Below, in pieces: positions 45,381-57,861 of a stretch of DNA of 64,000 nt (positions are counted from its first letter, which is position 1; every line of letters starts with the position of its first letter). This DNA is from a bacterium (GTDB lineage Bacteria > 4484-113 > JAGGVC01), in the NCBI GenBank assembly GCA_021158185.1, contig JAGGVC010000104.1, positions 8,992-72,991 of the forward strand, in the 5' to 3' direction. The position numbers and the translations under genes were made by a program. The notes beneath the pieces were generated by a model. That model was given only the letters and a program-made list of their open reading frames with translations, had not been told where the DNA came from and searched no databases.

Positions 45381-47510
45381 GTGACGCGCTTCAGGAAATG
45401 GCCGCATTCGCTTCTGGCAAAGATGAGGAGCCTTCCAAGGACGCCTGGTGTCTATCAGATGAAGGACAAAGACGGGCGCATCCTTTACATCGGCAAGGCG
45501 ATGTCCCTGCGCGATCGCGTCTCAAGCTATTTTAACCGCTCGCCGAAACATGGAGAGAACATCGAGTTCATGCTCTCGAAGCTCGAAGATTTCGACGTGC
45601 TTCTGACAGGTACCGAAAGCGAGGCGTTTGTGCTCGAAGCGAGCCTTGTCAAGCAGTTCAAGCCGCCGTACAACATACTTCTCAAGGATGACAAGAGCTA
45701 TCCATATATCAAGATTACGATGGCCGAGGCTTACCCGCGCTTGTTTGTCACGCGGAAGATCACCGAGGACGGCAGCCGGTATTTCGGCCCGTATACGAGC
45801 GTATCTTCCATGCGTCGCGCCCTGAGGTTCATCGCCAATCTTTTCAATCTTCGAACCTGCTCGCTCGATCTTGACGGAGAAAAGTTCATAGATAAGCCTT
45901 GTCTCGATTACCATCTTAAGCTGTGTAGCGGCCCCTGCGCAGATCTGATCAGTAGAGATGAATACGCTGAGCTCGCTCGCCAGGCAATCGATTTTTTTTC
46001 GGGAAGGGAAGAGGATGTTGTAAGACAGCTTGAAACACGGATGTACGAGTCCAGCAACAGTCAAAGGTACGAATCTGCGGCGCGCCTTCGGGATGTGCTT
46101 TTCGCCGTGAAAAAGACGCAGGATCGCCAAGTGCTGTGGGGTGAGACAGGCGACTTCTTCGATGCAATCGGCTATGCCTTCAGCGAAAATCACGCAACGG
46201 TTCTCGTTGTTCCTGTTCGGGCGGGACGGATGCTCGGTGAAACCGAATACAACCTGGAAAACGAGCTTGGCGAGGAGCCCGCCGAAATTCTCGACAGCTT
46301 CATTCAGCAGTATTATGCAAATTCCCAGCATATCCAGCCCATAATCCTTCTGCCTGAGGAAATTCCGTCGGCTGAATTTGCCGCAAAATGGCTTTCTGAC
46401 CTCTATGGCAGGAAAGTTCGTATCCATGTCCCGAAGCGCGGCCGCAAGTCCAAGCTGGTTCAGATGGCGATGGCAAACGCTCGGGAGCGTCTGCGCACAC
46501 GGCTTCTCGGTATGGAAGACGAATTCGTGCTGTCGCCGGGCATACTTCGAATTCAGGATATTTTTGGGCTCGACTTCATTCCAAGGCGTATTGAAGGGTT
46601 CGATATAAGCCACCTGCGCGGACGCGAAACCGTAGGCAGCATGGTTGTGTTTACCGACGGTAAGCCGGATAAACAGGCATATCGCAGTTTTACGGTCAAG
46701 ATAAAGGCTCGCGGTGATGACCTTGCAGCACTTAAGGAAGTGCTTCGCAGACGCCTTCTGCGGTTTCTATCCGATGATAAATGGTATTTCCCCGATTCGC
46801 TTCTGCTCATCGACGGCGGGCGAACGCAGCTCGATGCGGTTCTTCACGTTATCCGCAGCTTGAAGCTTGAGTTTCCCGCCGGGCTTCGCCACGACGGTTC
46901 AATCGAAAATGCAGAAGACCACAACGGCTCGGAAGACGGCGATGAATATGACACCGACAGTTCAAAAGCGAAAATGCTTGCTTCGGAGGAAAAGAACATC
47001 GAGGATCATCCGTTCGATCGAATTGCCGTTGCAGCGCTTGCGAAGCGCGAGGAAACCTTGTTCCATTACGACCGGTACGGCAACCTGCTCGAACACAGGC
47101 TTGAGCCGGGCGATCCGGGGCTTATGCTTTTAGTCAAAGTGCGGGACGAATCGCACAGGCGCGCGCAACGTCATCATCACGCGCGTCGTGAAAAATCGTC
47201 GAAGGCGACATCGCTCGAAAGAATACCAGGTCTCGGTGAGAAGCGCATCCATATGCTTCTGTCGAAATACAAGAGCCTCAAGCGCATAAGGGAAGCCGAT
47301 CTGGAGGAACTGGCAGCACTACCGGGGATGAACGAGGCTGTTGCGGTTACGCTGAAGAAACACCTTGTAGAGAAAGAAGGAGCGCTGGCGCGTGAATGGC
47401 GGCTGAAGGATGAAGTGAAGGAACTTCGCAGGAAACCGCGGCTCGTTAAGCAGATTGCTGAATCCGACGTAGGGAAAGATAACGACGCAGGAAGCGATAT
47501 AGAATCCTAA
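45381..47510 (+). CDS. uvrC: Excinuclease ABC subunit C (UvrC), with an acidic low-complexity insertion and a C-terminal extension.
   Basis: GIY-YIG domain (PGVYQMKDKDGRILYIGKA...RV), the UvrBC-interaction region, an RNase-H-like endonuclease domain, and a C-terminal (HhH)2 (IPGLGEKR...LPGMNEA). It is 709 aa, against roughly 600 typical. Confidence 0.9.
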   Translation: MTRFRKWPHSLLAKMRSLPRTPGVYQMKDKDGRILYIGKAMSLRDRVSSYFNRSPKHGENIEFMLSKLEDFDVLLTGTESEAFVLEASLVKQFKPPYNILLKDDKSYPYIKITMAEAYPRLFVTRKITEDGSRYFGPYTSVSSMRRALRFIANLFNLRTCSLDLDGEKFIDKPCLDYHLKLCSGPCADLISRDEYAELARQAIDFFSGREEDVVRQLETRMYESSNSQRYESAARLRDVLFAVKKTQDRQVLWGETGDFFDAIGYAFSENHATVLVVPVRAGRMLGETEYNLENELGEEPAEILDSFIQQYYANSQHIQPIILLPEEIPSAEFAAKWLSDLYGRKVRIHVPKRGRKSKLVQMAMANARERLRTRLLGMEDEFVLSPGILRIQDIFGLDFIPRRIEGFDISHLRGRETVGSMVVFTDGKPDKQAYRSFTVKIKARGDDLAALKEVLRRRLLRFLSDDKWYFPDSLLLIDGGRTQLDAVLHVIRSLKLEFPAGLRHDGSIENAEDHNGSEDGDEYDTDSSKAKMLASEEKNIEDHPFDRIAVAALAKREETLFHYDRYGNLLEHRLEPGDPGLMLLVKVRDESHRRAQRHHHARREKSSKATSLERIPGLGEKRIHMLLSKYKSLKRIREADLEELAALPGMNEAVAVTLKKHLVEKEGALAREWRLKDEVKELRRKPRLVKQIAESDVGKDNDAGSDIES

Positions 47511-47620
47511 AGCCAAATCGCCCATGTTTCGTGCTAATGCATTATTTGCAGGAAAAACGATTGATGTACAATTAGACTCCCTTCTCAAACTGGATGTGCA
47601 GATTCTCTACGCTGTGCCGT

Positions 47621-51011
<3,391 letters not shown>

Positions 51012-51043
51012 TATCGCTTTTTCGGAACTTACTCGAAAGCAGA

Positions 51044-52309
51044 TTATTTGCGGTTGCCGTCGATTCTGCCGAGCATTCCGCACGCCGCGCCTATATCGCG
51101 CCCGCGCGGTTTTCTGAGTGTCACACGCGCGCCGCATCGTTTGATGATATTTAGAAAATCCAAAATTCTATCATCTGAGGGTGACTTGAACGCACTGGCA
51201 GCACGTCCGCCAATGTCGTCATAATCGGTGTTGATCGGGTTATACGGAATCAGGTTGATCTTGAACGATTCGCGAGTAAATAGCTGCTGCATGTGCTTCC
51301 CTGATGAAAAGAAATCAACGAGGTAGTCCGGATCATTGATTTTCCGTGAGAATCCCCAGCGCGCAAGATAGCTTAGAGCGCGTGCATCGTGATTTGAGCA
51401 GTTGATACCTTCAAAAAGTACATACTCAAGCGTAACATCCGCGGATGTTATGGAATAGTAGTCTTCGAGCGCATCGAATATTGCTTGAAGCGGCTGCTTT
51501 CGCGCAACGGGGATGTACTTTTTGCGCGTTTCATCAGACGTGAATTGCAGTGAGAAGGCAATATTATATCTGTGTTTCCGGGTTGCAAGATTCCGAATTT
51601 CCCGTGGAAATCCTACGGTACTCACCGTTATTCTTCTGGAAGATAACTGCCTGCCATTCGTATGCGTAAGAATTTCGAGTGCTTTCGTCACATTTTCGAA
51701 GTTCAGCATAGGCTCGCCCATCCCCATCAGGATCACGCTCTCGATAGGCTTTTTGAGATAACGTTCTGCAAGGATGAACTGTAAAACGATTTCCCCCGCT
51801 GAAAGATTCCCTGAAAATCCCATCTGGCCGGTTTTACAAAAGCTGCATCCGACGGGACATCCAATCTGGGTTGACATACAAAGCGCGGGGCCGTATTTGG
51901 CAGGGATAATTACACCTTCGACAAGGTCTTTCGTCTTAGTCTCGAAGATAAGCTTGATTGTGCCGTCCGAGCCCTTCAGGCTACCTTTTAGCTTGAAGCT
52001 ATCGAGCGGGTATTCTTCGGTAAGGCTGTCTCTTAACGATTTTGAAATTGAAGTTGCTTCCTGCCAGGAAGAGACTGCCTGTTTATGCAGAGCCTCGAAC
52101 ACCTGCAGTCCGCGGTAGGCCGGTTCGCCGGCTTCAGCAAAGATCCGCTTCAATTCTTCCGGCAGGTAGTCGTAAGTATTGCCAATATGGGCACTTCCAT
52201 TTCCGCGGGCAAGAGCTGGTGCTTTTTTCTCGTTCAAACGCTTATCCATTCGGGTCTTGAGAAGCTTCTTTACCGTCGTCTCCAGACATTCTGCGCTTGT
52301 ATTCTGCAA
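51044..52309 (-). CDS. rlmN: Radical-SAM 23S rRNA/tRNA adenine-C2 methyltransferase RlmN.
   Basis: GCPVGCSFCKTGQMGF (CxxxCxxC with the RlmN context), a C-terminal catalytic Cys region, and an N-terminal extension or upstream overlap. Confidence 0.85.
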   Translation of the reverse strand: MQNTSAECLETTVKKLLKTRMDKRLNEKKAPALARGNGSAHIGNTYDYLPEELKRIFAEAGEPAYRGLQVFEALHKQAVSSWQEATSISKSLRDSLTEEYPLDSFKLKGSLKGSDGTIKLIFETKTKDLVEGVIIPAKYGPALCMSTQIGCPVGCSFCKTGQMGFSGNLSAGEIVLQFILAERYLKKPIESVILMGMGEPMLNFENVTKALEILTHTNGRQLSSRRITVSTVGFPREIRNLATRKHRYNIAFSLQFTSDETRKKYIPVARKQPLQAIFDALEDYYSITSADVTLEYVLFEGINCSNHDARALSYLARWGFSRKINDPDYLVDFFSSGKHMQQLFTRESFKINLIPYNPINTDYDDIGGRAASAFKSPSDDRILDFLNIIKRCGARVTLRKPRGRDIGAACGMLGRIDGNRK

Positions 52310-53771
52310 GGGCCTCCTCGATCAGACTGTCGGGCTTCCAATATTTGCCGACTGCCGTTGGATCGGGTTCAACGGGATACTCATCTACAATTTCCCCGCA
52401 TTCCCTTACAAGTCTCGGTCCGAATTTCTCTACCATTCTTCGGAGTGTTGGATTATTTCTGCGCAGCAACATCTCAAGTTCCTGCAACGGCAGCACTTTT
52501 TCATCCCAAGGATCAACACCTTCTGGGAGCCGTGTCTGCCAGTCTTTGCTTGTCGTAGCAGTGTCACGAATCCTGCGCTCAATAGCCCGAGATGAGCTGT
52601 ATAGTGTTTCCAACGCTAGAACGGCGTCATCGTTTTCGTGCAATGTATAGTATTTTTTCATAACATCCGTAATCAGCGGTGCAAGGTAGAAGAAGCTTCT
52701 GTCAAATGGGTCGGTTGCGCCCATCCTGAAAATCACTTTGAACATCACGGGAAAAACGTCCGGCCCTTCTCGCTCTGCAGCTTCGAGCAGCCCTCCTCTC
52801 GAAATGTATCTTTCGATTACGCCGTTCATGTAAAAGCCGTAATTACTTTCGATGTCGTAATGCAGATTCAGTGACTTGGTTACTATGTTTGCGGCATTGA
52901 GCCAGTTCAGTGTTTTTGCAGGCCGCGGAGGCGGCTGAACGAACTCCGGATACGTTCCAAGTTTTGAAGCTGCTTTGAATTCTCTGAAGATATCTACCGC
53001 GTCTTCACCCAGCGATATCATGATCTGGGCTCTGTAGATTCGCTCGAAGGAATTGTCAGGGTCATATTTCTGTGCCTGATCGAGCAGTTCAAACATTTCA
53101 TCGCTGAATTCTCTCAGCCGTTCCTGCGGATGGACAACGTTAAATACTGTGAACCCGTGGCTTGAAGGTGTACGATAGAGGAAATCTGCGAGAAGCCAGT
53201 AGAAACCGTAATTGCTCGGCCAAAGCTCTATTCCTTTCTTAAAATTCCTGTAAGCGAGAGCTTCGTTCCTGGACTTCAGAAACACGGCATAACTTACATA
53301 GTTGCAGGGATTATCTGGATTCTGCTCGATTGCTTTCTCGAATTTGTATCCAACACGCCAGATTCCCTTGCGCGCCCTTTCGGCTAGTGTGTCATCGTCT
53401 TCATTGCCCGGAGGCTTGATTCCTTCTCCAAGCGGTTTATACTCGGAGAAAAGAGCGCGGAGTTCATCCTGCATTTTCAGCTGTTCGTCCCTGTCGGCTG
53501 TGTTGTACTTATCGAAGAACTGTGAATGCAAACCGTCGAGCTGTCGCCAGGCATCTATGACAAGCGGGTCACAACGCTGCAAAAAGTCTTTCTTGGGAGG
53601 CGCGGTGTAATCATCCGTACCTGCAGGACTACTCTCGATGGTAGGTTTGTAACCGTTTTTGTGAGTTGCATCTCTATCGGGATTGAGTTGCAAAACGAGA
53701 AAGACTGCCAACACTACAGCAACAACAAACAAGACTATGGGAACAAACTTGCCAAACTGCATAACCAACAT
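52242..53771 (-). CDS. Hypothetical membrane-anchored protein of 509 aa. It has an N-terminal transmembrane helix and a helical-repeat (TPR-like) region.
   Basis: N-terminal FVPIVLFVVAVVLAVFLVL. The rest is predicted helical and Tyr/Phe-rich, with no motif I recognise. It overlaps the rlmN start on the same strand. Confidence 0.5.
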   Translation of the reverse strand: MLVMQFGKFVPIVLFVVAVVLAVFLVLQLNPDRDATHKNGYKPTIESSPAGTDDYTAPPKKDFLQRCDPLVIDAWRQLDGLHSQFFDKYNTADRDEQLKMQDELRALFSEYKPLGEGIKPPGNEDDDTLAERARKGIWRVGYKFEKAIEQNPDNPCNYVSYAVFLKSRNEALAYRNFKKGIELWPSNYGFYWLLADFLYRTPSSHGFTVFNVVHPQERLREFSDEMFELLDQAQKYDPDNSFERIYRAQIMISLGEDAVDIFREFKAASKLGTYPEFVQPPPRPAKTLNWLNAANIVTKSLNLHYDIESNYGFYMNGVIERYISRGGLLEAAEREGPDVFPVMFKVIFRMGATDPFDRSFFYLAPLITDVMKKYYTLHENDDAVLALETLYSSSRAIERRIRDTATTSKDWQTRLPEGVDPWDEKVLPLQELEMLLRRNNPTLRRMVEKFGPRLVRECGEIVDEYPVEPDPTAVGKYWKPDSLIEEALAEYKRRMSGDDGKEASQDPNG

Positions 53772-53884
53772 ACCCCAGTATAAAATCAGTGATAATCGAT
53801 GGATTCATCCACTTCGATGCACATCGGCGCTCAGATACTACCAGAATTGAATCTCCGGTGCACGTTTTGAATAGGACAACAGGA

Positions 53885-53893
53885 TGATATAAT
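53885..53893 (+). promoter_or_regulatory. Extended -10 element (TGaTATAAT) 6 nt upstream of the GTG start of the deacetylase gene. Predicts a leaderless transcript.
   Basis: aggaTGaTATAATcccctcGTG. Confidence 0.35.
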
Positions 53894-53899
53894 CCCCTC

Positions 53900-55702
53900 G
53901 TGTTGAGACGAAGTATTTCCTACATTGTTCGTATTACTCACGTTCGCGTGATTATCTTGAGCGCTTTATTCCTGGGGATATATACAACCATCTGCACTGC
54001 GCCCTTGTCCGCTGTTCCTGATATCGTCCAAAAGAACTGGTATGTTCTGCCTGGAAACACATCCCACATCCTTCCGGAATCTGTATCGGACGGCGATTTC
54101 AAATTCGTTTGCATTACCATTGACGATGTTCCCGACGCTGTGTACACAAAGCAGATTCTTGAAATACTATCCGAACATCGCGCGCGCGCGACTTTTTTTG
54201 TTAACGGCGCGCGCGTCAAAGCTTTTCCTCAAACCGCGCGCATGATGGCCGCGCGCGGTCACGAGATCGGCAACCATACGTGGAGCCATCCCGATATGAC
54301 AAAGCTGTCTGCGAGCAAGATGAAATCCGAATTGAGCACGACGCAGGACATCGTGAAAAAAACGTGCGGTGTAACTCCTCGCTTCTATCGGCCTCCCTAC
54401 GGGCGTTACAACGCGCAGACGAACGCAGTCGCGAGCAATCTGGGTTTGATTACGCTTCTATGGAGCATAGACACGCTCGATTGGCAGAAACCGGGTGTGG
54501 AAACCATCCGCAGACGCGTCATGCATAATTTGCACAATGGCGCCGTTGTCCTTCTGCACGGCACAAACAACCAGACCCCTCAGGCGCTCGAACTAATCCT
54601 CTCAGAGCTGTCAAAGAATGGATACATCCCCGTTACAGCGAGCGAATGGTTCCAACTTACAGGCGGAAAGGCTGCGTTCGATTTCGATTCCGAGAATCTG
54701 CCCGATTCGATCATCGATTATTACTTCGATCGGCAGACAATCATCGGGCCTAAAGGCCAGGCTGTTGAAATACTGATTCCAAGACCAAGCACGGACGGAA
54801 TAAAGCTGTCAACACTGAAGACATCAGCGGATCGCGATATGCTCAGCATCTATTCAAACCTGGATAAAGTGGAAACGGATGATGTTCCGTTCGGCCTGCG
54901 CGATAGACGCGGTAACCCGCCGAACCTTCTAAGGGTGCCGCACAACTGCGTAGAACTGCGGCTTGACGGCAACGATTACGGTTTCGAGCTTACGGATAAG
55001 CAGGGACCTGAATTCGACCGCCACTACTACCCGCGTCCGAAGCTTGTTATGTTTGCCGATGTTGCAATGATTCACTCTATCGATATGGAGCGCCTGGAGC
55101 TTCTGTACGAGTCTGCAGGTTTCGACAGGCTGATTATCCTGGTTAGCGGGGCAGGCGTGCCCGAGCCGGATTTATCGCTTATTACAGACGGCATCGAGTG
55201 CCAGGTTATTACGAACAATTCGGGGTTTCCCCCGTTTTTCCTCATACCCGGTCAAGGGCTGATGAAAGATTACATAGATGTGCTGCGTGAAAAACGCGAT
55301 ACTATTTCAGTCTATATCGATAGTAACACGTTTAGCGAAACTGCTGGAGTGCAGAATGAATTGCGTAATCTCATTGAATTCCGCCGTTTCACCGGTTCAT
55401 TTACATACGATCCCGCCGATGATCTGCGTGAACGCTGGAATTTCCCCGCGGATGTCGAAATATGCCGTTTTACGGGATACGAACGGATTGTAGTTATGCT
55501 TTTTTCTCGCACGAGCGAAACCTTCGAATTGCAGATTACTGAAGACGATGATCATTTCGAGCTTCTTTCAGGCATCGATCCTTTTAATCCGTCCTACGAA
55601 AATCTTGCTCCCGAAACTACAATTCCGATTGGCACACGGCCTGTATATCTCGTCTACAGATGGGGCGCAAGCGTGGCACAAGGACCCGAGGGGCCAGGCT
55701 AA
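53900..55702 (+). CDS. Membrane-anchored polysaccharide deacetylase (NodB/CE4 domain) with a roughly 330-aa C-terminal domain of unknown function.
   Basis: N-terminal signal anchor. NodB motifs TIDDVP (motif 1, Asp-Asp), HEIGNHTWSH (motif 2, His-His) and RPPYG (motif 3). Confidence 0.75.
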   Translation: MLRRSISYIVRITHVRVIILSALFLGIYTTICTAPLSAVPDIVQKNWYVLPGNTSHILPESVSDGDFKFVCITIDDVPDAVYTKQILEILSEHRARATFFVNGARVKAFPQTARMMAARGHEIGNHTWSHPDMTKLSASKMKSELSTTQDIVKKTCGVTPRFYRPPYGRYNAQTNAVASNLGLITLLWSIDTLDWQKPGVETIRRRVMHNLHNGAVVLLHGTNNQTPQALELILSELSKNGYIPVTASEWFQLTGGKAAFDFDSENLPDSIIDYYFDRQTIIGPKGQAVEILIPRPSTDGIKLSTLKTSADRDMLSIYSNLDKVETDDVPFGLRDRRGNPPNLLRVPHNCVELRLDGNDYGFELTDKQGPEFDRHYYPRPKLVMFADVAMIHSIDMERLELLYESAGFDRLIILVSGAGVPEPDLSLITDGIECQVITNNSGFPPFFLIPGQGLMKDYIDVLREKRDTISVYIDSNTFSETAGVQNELRNLIEFRRFTGSFTYDPADDLRERWNFPADVEICRFTGYERIVVMLFSRTSETFELQITEDDDHFELLSGIDPFNPSYENLAPETTIPIGTRPVYLVYRWGASVAQGPEGPG

Positions 55703-56376
55703 TGGTTGCACCCATATACAGAATTGGTAGACGCAAGGCATCACGCCGCATTTCAGCAGTAATCGACAGGCTCAATACCTCGTATAAAAGGCACGAGCTT
55801 GCCGAAATTTCCGGCTCTGATCCGTTTCGTGTTCTCATCTGCGGTATCCTGAGTGCGCGCGCCAAGGATACGCAGACCGCCCCCGTTTGCAGGAAACTCT
55901 TTGAACTCGCGGACAATCCAGCCTCTCTCCTGGTAATTCCTAAAGCGAAGTTGAAATCCATCATAAGGCCGATTGGCTTCTACAACCAGAAAACCGATGC
56001 ACTTCGTAAAACCTGTCGAATCCTTGTCGAGAATTACGAAGGCGATGTTCCTGAAACATTTGAGGAACTAGTGAAGCTAGCTGGTATAGGACGTAAGGTG
56101 GCAAATCTCGTTTTGTCCGTTGCTTTTGGAAAGGACGCGATCTGTGTTGATACCCACGTACACCGCATCACAAACAGACTCGGTTGGGTGGAGAGCAACG
56201 ATGTTCTCGATACCGAAAAACAGCTAATGGCACTTGTCGCAAGGAGACGCTGGCGGACACTGAATTACGTTTTCGTTCGACACGGCCAGGAGTGCTGCCA
56301 TCCATTAAGCCCCTGGTGCAGCAGATGCCCGATTGAGAAATGGTGCGCGAAGGTTGCGGTTACGAGATGCAGGTGA
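55702..56376 (+). CDS. nth: Endonuclease III (Nth), a base-excision DNA glycosylase.
   Basis: Its ATG overlaps the upstream TAA (TAATG). HhH-GPD (LVKLAGIGRKVANLV), the catalytic Lys context, and a 4Fe-4S loop CHPLSPWCSRCPIEKWC. Confidence 0.9.
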   Translation: MVAPIYRIGRRKASRRISAVIDRLNTSYKRHELAEISGSDPFRVLICGILSARAKDTQTAPVCRKLFELADNPASLLVIPKAKLKSIIRPIGFYNQKTDALRKTCRILVENYEGDVPETFEELVKLAGIGRKVANLVLSVAFGKDAICVDTHVHRITNRLGWVESNDVLDTEKQLMALVARRRWRTLNYVFVRHGQECCHPLSPWCSRCPIEKWCAKVAVTRCR

Positions 56377-56447
56377 ACAGCCAAGACTTCAACCCTATGC
56401 TCCATATATTGAAAAGATTATCGCATTTTCATTATAAAAAATCAAGT

Positions 56448-56476
56448 TGACCGTTCCTTAGCGCTTTGATAGACTC
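56448..56476 (+). promoter_or_regulatory. purA promoter: TTGACC, 17-nt spacer, TAGACT. It has a roughly 40-nt leader and a TAAGGGA Shine-Dalgarno.
   Basis: aagTTGACCgttccttagcgctttgaTAGACTcttc. Confidence 0.35.
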
Positions 56477-56513
56477 TTCTTTTTGTGTGTACTTTCAGGT
56501 GCGGCATAAGGGA

Positions 56514-57803
56514 ATGATTCGAATGGGCGTAACAGTAATTGTTGGAGCACAGTGGGGCGACGAAGGCAAGGGTAAGATTACACACCTTCTTTCTCCGAAA
56601 TTCGATGCAGTCGTAAGGTATCAGGGCGGCTCAAACGCAGGGCATACCGTCAAGACACGCGGCAGTACTTACAAGTTCCATCTTTTGCCGAGCGGGATTC
56701 TGCACGAAGGGAAGAAATGTATACTTGCGGCAGGTGTCGTCATCGATCCTACAACCCTTGCGAGAGAGATAACCGAGCTAACGGAATCGGGATATTTCAA
56801 GGGAGAACTTATCATTTCATCTGACGCGCACATCGTGGCACCGTATCACAAGCTTCTCGATGAAATGGAAGAAAAGCGTCTTGGCAAATCCGCAATCGGT
56901 ACGACCGGCCATGGCATAGGCCCTGCATATTCCGACAAATATCTCCGCATTGGGATCAAGGCGGGCGATCTGCTCGATCATGATATTCTTCGTCGCAAGG
57001 TTGAATACGCAGTCGAGACGAAGAACTCGCTTCTGACAGCTTTGTACAGCCACGAACCTCTCGATGCAGGCGAGCAGTTTGAAATGATGGTTGAAAGCGG
57101 GAAACACATCGTTCCCTTCATCAAGAATACAATACCCATCATCCGTGATCTTCTCGCGAACGGAAGCGAGCTTCTTCTCGAAGGTGCGCAAGGCACTCTT
57201 CTCGACATAGATTACGGAACTTATCCATTCGTAACATCCAGCCATCCGGTGACTGCGGGAGCATGCCTCGGCACCGGCATATCTCCCTTGAAGCTGAACC
57301 GCGTCATTGCAGTATCGAAGGCATACGCAACCAGGGTGGGAAACGGCAGTTTCCCGACCGAACAGCGAAACGATCTAGGTGACAGGATGCGGGAGGCTGG
57401 ACGGGAGTATGGCACTACGACCGGTCGCAAGCGCCGCTGTGGCTGGCTAGATCTCGTCCTTCTCAAGTATGCGATCCTGATAAACGGTGCAACCGATATC
57501 GCACTGACCAAGATCGACGTCCTCAACGAATTCGATTCGATCAATGTTTGTGTTGGTTATATGTACAAGGGCGAACGAATCGACGAAGTCGATCTCGACG
57601 ACAGCATCCTGTCCAAATGCAAGCCGATCTACGAGGAATTTCCGGGCTGGAAGGAGGAAATCGGCTATATGCGAAGTCCTGATGAACTTCCGGAAAAACT
57701 GATGAGCTTCATCGGCTTTGTCGAAGGAAAACTCGGCATACCCGCAAGCATTCTGAGCGTGGGCCCCGACCATGATCAGACCATCTTCAGAAACGGCATT
57801 TAG
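56514..57803 (+). CDS. purA: Adenylosuccinate synthetase.
   Basis: GAQWGDEGKGK P-loop, and the GTTGRGIGP-like stretch TTGHGIGPAY. The track ORF begins at 56466. The preferred starts are MIRMG at 56514, or 56523. Confidence 0.9.
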   Translation: MIRMGVTVIVGAQWGDEGKGKITHLLSPKFDAVVRYQGGSNAGHTVKTRGSTYKFHLLPSGILHEGKKCILAAGVVIDPTTLAREITELTESGYFKGELIISSDAHIVAPYHKLLDEMEEKRLGKSAIGTTGHGIGPAYSDKYLRIGIKAGDLLDHDILRRKVEYAVETKNSLLTALYSHEPLDAGEQFEMMVESGKHIVPFIKNTIPIIRDLLANGSELLLEGAQGTLLDIDYGTYPFVTSSHPVTAGACLGTGISPLKLNRVIAVSKAYATRVGNGSFPTEQRNDLGDRMREAGREYGTTTGRKRRCGWLDLVLLKYAILINGATDIALTKIDVLNEFDSINVCVGYMYKGERIDEVDLDDSILSKCKPIYEEFPGWKEEIGYMRSPDELPEKLMSFIGFVEGKLGIPASILSVGPDHDQTIFRNGI

Positions 57804-57861
57804 GCCTAGTCATTTGCGGCATATTATCCGCGGGTCAACCTATAATGCGTGCTGACTGGAG

